Positions 55,493 through 64,000 of a DNA stretch of 64,000 nucleotides are shown one piece after another. The notes beneath the pieces are model-generated. The model saw nothing but the letters and a program-made list of their open reading frames with translations. It made no database searches and was not told the origin of the DNA. The position numbers and the translations under genes were made by a program. How positions within the stretch are numbered: the first letter of the stretch is position 1; each line of letters opens with the position of its first letter. The stretch is from a virus: IMG/VR virus record IMGVR_UViG_3300010399_000036, positions 1 to 64,000 of that record, one strand, 5' to 3'.

Positions 55493-58486
55493 GGTCGTTG
55501 CTTTTCCTCTTCCCACTCCGCAACCTCTTGCTCTGTCGCCACACGAAACGCTCCGTTGCCATACTCAATTATATGTTGCTGACAGGTAACACACTGGAAG
55601 ATGTCGCCTACAGCAATACCGCGCAGTCGCTCAGCCGCTCTCATGCAGCAAATGTAAAGGCCGGGTCTGTCTGGTTGATTGTTGCTCACTGGTCGTTGCC
55701 TTCCCGTTCCTCACGAATCGCCTGTTGAACATCCTCACGGCGATAAACCTTTCCACAGCACGGACAGCGCAGCGAATCTCCCATGTCGATAACTTCGTAA
55801 TCCGCTAGTACGTCAATACCGCAACACTGCTGCTCACCCTTTTCACCCATCACCCTTCACCGCCTTTCCAGCTTCGCGCTCGCTGCCCACTTGCGCACTT
55901 GGGCCATGCAATCGTCAAGTGATCTAAAACTCCTGAACTTCGGTTCTGACTCCAAGTAGCCAACCTTGATTGTCGTGACTGAGTTCACTTCTGGCCCATC
56001 TTGGCAGTCGGCAGGATAGAAAGAGTCCTCGCGACGAATCGTAATGGCCTTACCGGGAAACGCTTGTCGTAGTTCGGTTAGCGCGGATTTAATCTCACTG
56101 TTACTCATAATCGCACATTATTTCGGCGCTCATACCGACTATGTTTTCCAAGCACGGCGGACAGTACCGCTTGCCACAGCAGTTACCATCTGAGCAGTTG
56201 AACGTAATCCAACATCTCTCACTACGGAGACAACTGTCAGTCTTCGTTGATAGTTCACAGACATGTTTATGTGTCCCACTCATTCCCCTACTCCTCCCGT
56301 TTCTTGCCGGTGTGCTGGCCCAAGGTCTATTCTGGCCCCATCGCCTCATACATCGCCGCTCTATAACGCGCCTCCTGTTCTTCTTTGCTTATCAGGTTAA
56401 CTGGCCCACACAGCACAGGAATTGGGCAGTTAGGCGAGCAGGTATAGCCATCGCAGTTCGGATGATGTTCTGAGCGCGTATGCCCGTCTGGTGGTACGTC
56501 AATCTCAACTATCTGATCACAGTGTTGACATTTACCTTTCGCCATGATGTTCGTCACATTCCTTCAGCGCGGATTCAAAGTCGTGGTTCACGTCTACCAC
56601 GTGCTGTTTCAACTCAGCAATCTCCCGCCCCTGTTGTTCAACGAGCGCGATAAGCGTGTCGATGTCGTCAGGCGCGTTGGTAATGAAGTCGATATTTGCG
56701 GCGGCTTGCTCTACGCTGATTCCGCGTCCTTTTGCTGCCTCTAGTGGCTGCGCGTACGCACGACACACTGCTACGTGCTTGTCATTGACTGCCCCGGCAA
56801 CGTCGGAACCGTTGAACTGAGTCCACGGTAGACCCGTCACTTTTGAGCGCCGCTCTTTAATCACCTTCATTCGTTCTGCAAGGTCGTGGTTGATCATGGT
56901 TGCAGCCTTTCGTAGAGTGCGCGGGCGCGTTGACAGCGTTCGCCGTGGTTAACATCGTCACAACTACCACCGAACACCCCGAAACATAACCCTTTGGAGC
57001 CCGAGAGCACCTCACAGCCGAATGACTCCAGCACTTCACGGACTTCTGCAAGCGCGTTGTCAACTACGTCTGGTACGTCTTCGTCACCGTCCAACCCAAC
57101 CAGCCTTGCGATATGCTCTGCTATTTCACTTGCCATCAGTTACCTTCCTCTTCCTGCGTCTCAAGACTCCGCTGCACTTCTCGTACAGACTTAAACAACT
57201 CAGGCGCGAATCCCTTGCGACTCCCGTTTGGAAAGTAAGCAAACCCGCCTTCCGTGATCTTAATCGCGCCAACTACCTTGCCATCAAGCTTAACTTTTAC
57301 TTGCCACGATCCGCGCCGACCTTTTACGTGTTCGTATTCAATCATCGTCACTCCTCTTCCTGCGCTGCGGAGTCGCGGCGAATGGCGGCTGCAATTTCCG
57401 TGCAGGCTCTCCGATGAATGGTTGAGCCGATTCTCCGTCGGTATTCAGTATCCGCGATCTTCGCCGCCCGCTCCCGTTCCTCAGCCCGCACTTCCTCTTC
57501 CCGCTGGCGGAGCGCGTCAAGTAGAATGTCGCGCACCGGCAATCGACTGTAGCCGCCAAGATAGCGAGCATTGGTAACTTGCGCTGCCCCGTTGTGATGT
57601 TCCTGAATTAGAAGCAAGCGATCTGCCTTTTGCTTAGCACTGCCTGTAAACAACTGGTCCAAGATTGTGTTAACTGTTTCGTCAATCGTGCTGTTCATTT
57701 GCTTTCTCCCAGTGCTGCTAGTGCGCGGCGCTTAATCTCCTGTCCGTGCGGCGAATCATCTAACTGCCAGTCGAAGCCCTGGATAAGTTGCAGCGCTTCT
57801 CTCAGCGCATCTCTTTCCGCTTCCAGTGCGCGAACCGTGTCGAAGGAATCTACGGCGGCTGAGATGGCGACCGTCAACCTCTTCACTTCGGGAAAATACG
57901 TGTCGTCTTCGTCGCAGTAGTGATTAGCGATCCGTTCTGCCGATTCACAGATAGCTTCATGTGCTTTATCCGAACGCCACGACGGCTCCAGTTCCCGCCT
58001 CTCTGTTGCTGCTGTGTCAGGTTTAGATTGGGTGGTCATAACTTGATGTCTCCGCGCTTTACTTCTTCACGAATAAGATTCGCCCCACTCACCGCTGATT
58101 CCACCGGACGCGGCCAGTCTCTAACGTCTTCTCTGGCCCATTTAATTGCCTGCTCGACCTCCCACGCAACGCGCTTTGTTAGGTTGTCAGTGTCAGGAGA
58201 GTTAATAAGCCTTCGGAGTGCCCGTAATTCCTTTTTAACTGTTGATTCAGCTTTCATCCTTTCCCCTCTGCTTCAGTGTGGATCATTTGGCCGCGCCGTC
58301 TTTTAATCCCTGCGCATAGGCATTTCGCAGCTCGTCAGCAACCCATGACCAATCACGAATGAAACTATTATCCTCCGGTTCGCCGCCATCCCAGTGATCG
58401 CGCTCACCTGAATCGTCAACAATCACGAGACGATTGCGATAGTTGTAATCGTTTTCGATTGGTTCAACTTTAACGCTGTAGCTCAT
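55489..58486 (-). CDS. array of ~12 small coupled hypothetical genes, including Zn-ribbon proteins and an Ead/Ea22-like protein (56532-56897)
   Basis: Tightly packed minus-strand ORFs with SDs and ATGA overlaps; 56532-56897 has the PW...FITNAPDDIDTLIA motif. Confidence 0.6.
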
Positions 58487-58522
58487 CCTGCTTCTCCTCT
58501 GGTAGCAATAGCAGCGTCTGCG

Positions 58523-59098
58523 TCACGCTGCTTTCTTGAACGGATCGGGAACGTAAAGCCTGTCGGTCCAGTCCATCTTCTTGAAGTTGGCGCGACAAGT
58601 CTTGCAGTTGTGCCCGATGACCACGCGTTGCTCTGCGATGGCATCACTGCCCATCAACTTGTCGGCTACCTGATCGCCACAACGTCCGCAGTACACGTAA
58701 CCAAAACACATGGTTGCGATACGACTATGACCGATAAGGGCGCAGACGATCTTGTTTCGCTGCTCTTTATCCTGTGGCTTCGCCGCCCGCACTTGGGCCA
58801 ACAATGCAGACCGCGTTATCTTCACTTCGTCAGCCATTGCCTTATGCCGCCGCCTTTCTCAACACCAATGTTTCTTTAACGGCGCTTCGTCTTGAATTGC
58901 TATTCCATCTTTGAACGTACAGCCATACAACACGTAAGCGCGATCACCCCACATCCGATATGCCTCACGCTTCGCCTTGCCGTCGCTTGGCGCATCAAAG
59001 GTTTCGTAAACTGCGGCGTCGTCTGTGTCGCCATTGGCAGCACGTGGATCAAAGACAATGTAGACTCGCTTGCCGTCAGGTTCTTTCGATCTCTTCAT
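58523..59098 (-). CDS. two small hypothetical genes (58523-58837 Cys-rich; 58859-59098)
   Basis: Packed ORFs. Confidence 0.6.
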
Positions 59099-59412
59099 GC
59101 CGCTTCTCTTTCCTCTGGTAGTATCGGACCACCGGCCCGCCTGATCGCTTTTAATACCGCTTTCTCCATCTGATCGTGCGACATCTTTTCATCTAGAATT
59201 GTATGAACCGTCAGACAGGCCCAAGCGACCATATAAATGTCATTGCCGTGCATCAGTCTTCGCTTCTTCGAATGTGCGGGCGTTCGTGACTTGTCACAGT
59301 CATGCGGTATAAATCCAAACTCGCATTTCTTTCTGCCGGCCGCTTCCATGCGTGGTCTTAACCAGGCCCATACATCACGCCATTGCTTTGTGCGTGGGCC
59401 AACCTTGTTCAT
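59095..59412 (-). CDS. HNH-like Zn-binding protein
   Basis: CE.....C....PAHSKKRR...AC..VH pattern. Confidence 0.5.
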   Translation of the reverse strand: MNKVGPRTKQWRDVWAWLRPRMEAAGRKKCEFGFIPHDCDKSRTPAHSKKRRLMHGNDIYMVAWACLTVHTILDEKMSHDQMEKAVLKAIRRAGGPILPEEREAA

Positions 59413-59461
59413 TGGCTTGCGGCCTACTTTGAAGGTGCTGTTGTGGCGGTATTCGTTCATG

Positions 59462-61408
59462 TTACTTCTGCACAAATCCGTCGCAGTTCTCCAGCCACAC
59501 CGGATCGAAGTTCCAAGGCCAGTTGAACCAACCGCGTCGTATCCCCGTAGGGTTGCCGCGCACATTCAACTTCTCAGCCTTCTGGCTGATCATCGGCGGG
59601 ACGCGCCCGACAGACGCGAATGTCGCCATTATGTTGCCGAACGGATCATCATTCGCGCCGACGACCGGATGCGCACAGAAACTATGAGCACTGCCCGGCA
59701 CTTCACGCCGAAACTTGCAGCCGTAGCAGTTTGGTTTCTTCGTTTCCCCTGCTCCGCTTATTGGTGTTTCAACTTCTGTCTCTGGTTTCATGCCGTCTAA
59801 AGGCGATCCTCCTTTTGTGTTAAGTGGCCGTCTCTCCGGCCCGTCACGCCTAACATGTTTACCCGTTGGCTCAGCGGCGTTCCCGATACCGCGAGTCAAT
59901 AATGCGCCGAAATCAAAGCGACCATCTCACGCGCCTTCGTCTCAGAGTTTTCCTGCCCGATGATTGAATCCTTCGGATCAAGAATTCCTTTGCATTGAAC
60001 GTAAGTGATAAACCCGCGATGGTCTGCCACTATGTAATAAGTCTTCCGCTTGGCGTCTTTGTCTTTTCCGCAAAGTGTGCATATGTTCATGGTTTCAATC
60101 CTCCACTATCTAATGTGATAACAGAGGCCGTTTGTTCACTCTGATTCGAGCGGCGTATAACAGTCAGGTGGCAATCCGGCGCACTTACACTTACTTGCCT
60201 GATTACACGCGCCATCGCATCCGTGATAGCCCTCATGGTGCCCGCAGGGGCACATCTTTGGCCCGTTCTTGTAGGCCCAGGTCGGACAGTATGGGGAACT
60301 ATCAGTTGGTCCGGGATTGCTGTCGCTAACAGGTCCGGGCATCTCAATACCTCCAGTACTTTTGAAATGAAGCGTCAATAATTTTCCAGTCCACCTTTTT
60401 GCTGCCCTTCCGCATCACCTTGAGAAAATCCGCAGCGGCATCAACCGAAGCGAACGACATGGACTCGTTAACTCTAATACCCCTCAGCACGCCGCTTATG
60501 AACTGTTTTGTGAAATAAAGTGTGGTCATCTTGCCCTCCTGCTGCTTAGTGTGATTCAGGAAGCGATTTGTTCACTTGCTTTCCAGAACGATTCGTGTTC
60601 GCGCCCTCTCTTCGTATTCCAGCGTCTTCCCGCTTTCAAGCCAGTCTGCTGCTGCTCTTAAATCAGCGATCGCAATGTCTTTAGTTGAAAAGCAGATCAG
60701 GTACTCCGATTCGAATCCAGTTAACCCGATCTCTACTTCACGGAAATGCTGGTCAGTGATAGCGGCTGAGATTTCGTTAAAGGCTGTGTTACTAAGAATC
60801 GCCATGAAGCCTCCCCGCTGATATTTCTTCGTCGGCCGTGATTACGTCTGGCCATTCGCGATGATCGTCGCCAGTTATCTTTTCCAGTTCTTGATCGACC
60901 AGCTCCTGGATCTCGTCATAACTGCGACAGCGAATGTATAGGTGCCACGTCCACCAGAGACGGTTACGCACGGTGCTCCACACGTCTGAAATTAGTTGAC
61001 GCAAAACGTAGCGGAGAATGCCGCCGTAACCGCCCAACGCTCGAAACATCACTGAGAAGCACATGTAAGTGACGAGGAAGGGCGGCATGATGTCGGCGTG
61101 CTCAAAACAATCCCGAGCAGCCTTACAGCGCTCCTTGTACAGCGTTTCATCCGGTGGTTTAATCAACATCCCATTGCTATCAATTCCCTCCTACTACTAA
61201 GGGCGCAGAAAGTGATCGATTACCGCCATACCTCTGAGACATTTTCTGCGTCCTGTTCCATCTCACTCGGCGCCAGCTTGCTAATGTTCTCTTCTGTATC
61301 CGTAATTGTTCCTGCCGTTGCCGCTTCGGGACATTGAAAGCGCCCTTGTGCGCAAGGCTCCGTTAGGCACTTATCGCAAACTGTTACTATCTTTTGTGAT
61401 GGAAACAT
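59462..61408 (-). CDS. array of small hypothetical genes (several Cys-rich)
   Basis: ORFs 59462-59791, 59896-60090, ~60136-60342, 60344-60529, 60572-60805, 60792-61169, 61220-61408. Confidence 0.55.
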
Positions 61409-61418
61409 TTGATTTCTC

Positions 61419-61871
61419 CTACTCCAGCACCTTGCCTGTTTCGATTATTCTGTCGAGATAAGCAACCGCAATGCGGGCCTGTTCCTTAAGTTGTGTGATT
61501 TCAGGCAGAGTCTTGGAAGCGGACCAGTCTGAGGCATAAGGTTCGGGCCACGCTCTTACGTCGGTTTCTGCGCCATCGTCCCAATCGGGATTACCCGAAA
61601 ACAAAATGTCCGCCTCGTCAACGGTTAGGTTGAGCGCCTCGGCTGCAAGAAAAGGAATGTCGAGGTTTGATATATACCGCTGCCGCTGGAGGGTCAGCAG
61701 CGGCACCCGATCCGACAGAACGCAGGCCCAACCCGCGATACAGGCGGCAGTCCCACACGGCGCTTCTTCTTCGCGTCGCCCGTAGGTTTCCTGATCGTAC
61801 GCTTCCGGGGTGGCCGCGATCTTCTCCCGAATCTTCTTGAACAATTCGATATTCAATCTTTCTTTGCTCAT
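61419..61871 (-). CDS. conserved phage protein (CGTAACIAGW family)
   Basis: YDQ..Y...CGTAACIAGWA...A.EAL.L...EA..LF. Confidence 0.7.
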   Translation of the reverse strand: MSKERLNIELFKKIREKIAATPEAYDQETYGRREEEAPCGTAACIAGWACVLSDRVPLLTLQRQRYISNLDIPFLAAEALNLTVDEADILFSGNPDWDDGAETDVRAWPEPYASDWSASKTLPEITQLKEQARIAVAYLDRIIETGKVLE

Positions 61872-62293
61872 GCCGCTGATTCCTCTCTATCAATTTCACA
61901 TTCAACTAAACTGCGAATTCCAGGATGCTCTGCTCTGAATTGAACCGCTGAATGGTGATTGCATTGACACCAGAGATAGTTGCAATCTTCGCAGCCTCCG
62001 TTTGTGCATTCATCGGAGATCGCGCTACCTACTGGAATGCAATCGACTACCTGAAACTCCCTTTCGTCATACGGCCAGCCTCTTGATGGAACATTACTAA
62101 GCGCAAGAGATACCGCTTCATCTCTTGATGGAGCACAAAGTTTGAATTCGTGACGTATGCGCTTAGATCCGAATATCCCAAGATTCTGCTTGAGCGTTAC
62201 CTTGATGCTGAATTCAAACCAGGGAGCTTGGCGGATTCGAGTGTCTGAGTGATCGAACTTGGCGTACGGTAACTTTGTTTCTTGATTGATCAT
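61868..62293 (-). CDS. hypothetical protein
   Basis: GAGGT SD; C-terminal Cys cluster. Confidence 0.6.
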   Translation of the reverse strand: MINQETKLPYAKFDHSDTRIRQAPWFEFSIKVTLKQNLGIFGSKRIRHEFKLCAPSRDEAVSLALSNVPSRGWPYDEREFQVVDCIPVGSAISDECTNGGCEDCNYLWCQCNHHSAVQFRAEHPGIRSLVECEIDREESAA

Positions 62294-62535
62294 GACTTAC
62301 CTCTAATAGCCGACGCGGATTCTGTGTGTAGCTTGGTGATCTGCTTTGCGAATTCATCTCCCGCCGTGGCCTCGTACTTCAACACCTAACTCCCCGGGCA
62401 ACCCGGTTTGCGAAAGAATAAATACGCTTCCCAGTCGCCGATGCGATAGTGAGACAACAGCCCACGAACCTCATTCATCAAGCCATTGAGATCGTGATCG
62501 AACATTGCCATTGCTTGCTCTTTGCTGACCGTCAT
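62290..62535 (-). pseudogene. small gene interrupted by an in-frame TAG (62386-62388)
   Basis: The frame continues past the TAG to a TGA that overlaps the next ATG. Confidence 0.5.
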
Positions 62536-62562
62536 CACTCATTCCCTTCCTGTGGTGAAAAA

Positions 62563-62976
62563 CTAAATGTCAGTTCGCCCTACGTCCTCCAGAGCGGCCT
62601 TGCATTCCGCTTTGAGATCAAACAGGTCCCGGTCAGCGGGTATCTTGGCTTGACGTAGCGCCGCGAAGACGCAAACCGGACAACCATCTGCTTGCTTGCG
62701 CAGCACTGGCATAGCTTCCGTGAGCGCCGTGTACAGTGGCGACGGCTTGCCGTGCCACATCTCATCATTTGTGCGCGTGTCTGGCATGTTCGGATCGGGC
62801 AATAACGCTATCAACCGCTCAAGTGGCGTGTGGCGCGTTTCCAAGACCTCGCACATGCGACAGACGCGTCCGGGGTTATTCGTGCAGTGCTCCTCATGCT
62901 CCCTCATTGCCGCAGCGTGACAATTCGCCTTCTTGCAGAAATCGCAGTAGTAGCGCCAGACCCTCCGCTTTCTCAT
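62563..62976 (-). CDS. Zn-finger protein
   Basis: YYCDFCKK...HEEHC..NP.R.C.MC...CPVC. Confidence 0.7.
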   Translation of the reverse strand: MRKRRVWRYYCDFCKKANCHAAAMREHEEHCTNNPGRVCRMCEVLETRHTPLERLIALLPDPNMPDTRTNDEMWHGKPSPLYTALTEAMPVLRKQADGCPVCVFAALRQAKIPADRDLFDLKAECKAALEDVGRTDI

Positions 62977-63121
62977 TGCTTTTCCGCTTTTCGATTACGC
63001 CTTATTTGTTGCCTGCATGCGTGCGATTCATCGCGTCTAATCCACGCAAAGCAATCAGCACATTGGACTTTCGTTTCCGGGACTTTCTCTTCTTCGCTCA
63101 TTGTTTTGTTGTGTGCGGCAC

Positions 63122-63322
63122 TCATAACGGCATGTCTCTTTCGTTGATTCGCTCAATCAGCCGTAGCAGACCCGAGCAGACGTCGAGTACATCATCGAAA
63201 GTTCCGAAGTCACGTGCGGCGGCAATCTCCAACTCCAGCATAGCTATTGAACCAGCAATGCTCTCCGCGTCGTTCGGCGGGACAACGCTAACGCCACCGT
63301 CATCAATTGGTTCGTATCGCAT
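63122..63322 (-). CDS. hypothetical protein
   Basis: Packed ORF. Confidence 0.5.
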   Translation of the reverse strand: MRYEPIDDGGVSVVPPNDAESIAGSIAMLELEIAAARDFGTFDDVLDVCSGLLRLIERINERDMPL

Positions 63323-63325
63323 CGT

Positions 63326-63637
63326 TCAGATCCTCTCTGCATCGGGCGCTTCAAAGAATCCGTACACACATCGCGCAGCCGTGCGCTGAACGCCGCCCTC
63401 GGTGTAGATCGTCCACCACTGAGGATCGCCGGTGTCGTGGATTGCTCGTGCGGACGACTTGCCGCGCTTACGAGTTCCCGTGCGTTCCGATTGCGCCAAC
63501 GCATTGATCGCGTCATAAACTTCTTGATACGGCTTGCCAGTGGCGATAGCGATAGATCGCACCACGCAATCGCCTGCCTGGCCCTTGTAACCAGCGGCGG
63601 CACGTCCGCCATCGTCTCTTTGGAATTCCATTTTCAT
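63326..63637 (-). pseudogene. papain-fold phage protein, apparently internally deleted
   Basis: DDGGR...GDCVVRSIAIATG.PY joined directly to IHDT.DP...RCVYG. Confidence 0.5.
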
Positions 63638-63777
63638 ATCTTCACCGCCTGTACCACGCTAATCTTGTCAGCCGTCTTAGAAAACGACTCCGCAATAACT
63701 GGAATAATCGCGTTCTTGAACACCATCAGCACCACGATCAAGATCAAAGCTATAGCTATTAGTTCAAAACGTTTCAT
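63634..63777 (-). CDS. 47-aa Flp-pilin-like peptide (not in ORF track)
   Basis: MKRFELIAIALILIVVL...ESFSKTADKI; ATGA-coupled on both sides. Confidence 0.5.
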   Translation of the reverse strand: MKRFELIAIALILIVVLMVFKNAIIPVIAESFSKTADKISVVQAVKI

Positions 63778-64000
63778 GAGTCTTTATTCTCCGTGTCGGG
63801 ATTCGCCTTCGCTCCGCAGAACGGGCAGAAGGTGACAACGATTGTCGGCGGCTTCTTTCCGCGAATCTTCTTATCGGAATCTTTCCAGTGTGTACCGATG
63901 CTCAAAGTCACTGCCGTCAAGCTGAGGTTCTCGCCAAGCAGGAAGGATGTATCAAGCGCGAAGTTCTGCTCCGCAAGCTTCTCATCGATGCGTGTTATGC

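Noticed and set aside
7332-62388. Stop-codon reassignment or a suppressor system explaining the two in-frame stops
   Set aside because: The stops differ (TAA, TAG), both codons end many normal genes here, and no suppressor anticodon is evident in the tRNA-like RNAs.
1-64000. Host assignment (Acidobacteria-like impression from PT-linker/Ig and secreted proteins)
   Set aside because: Impression only; it needs an att-core or protein search.

Overview
This is a 64-kb stretch of one temperate, long non-contractile-tailed (siphovirus-type, HK97-fold) phage genome, with no host housekeeping genes. It is in the excised/circular form: an intact attP sits next to the tyrosine integrase with phage genes on both sides. 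The attP is the 3' half of tRNA-Lys(CTT) plus arm-type repeats. Order: (1) 1-10.3 kb, small early/nin-like genes, xis/int/attP, a C5 DNA methyltransferase with a nested out-of-frame subunit, RusA-like resolvase and decayed homing endonucleases. (2) 10.3-24.9 kb, holin and envelope genes, a propeller/Ig protein, and two large fibre-like proteins built from a 22-aa His-x-His repeat. (3) 24.9-51.5 kb, terminase, portal, protease, capsid, neck, tail tube, chaperones, tape measure, Dit, hub and fibres. This block is interrupted by morons, two tRNA-like structured RNAs and an immI-like cassette (XRE repressor, operators, antisense-RNA motifs). (4) 51.5-64 kb, a leftward array of small, often Zn-ribbon, mosaic genes. 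Replication genes, the main CI repressor and a recognisable endolysin are not in the window. The strongest candidates for new biology are the HxH-repeat fibre module, the tandem tRNA-like RNAs and the sRNA/target immI-like cassette. All family calls come from motif recognition by eye; no searches were run.
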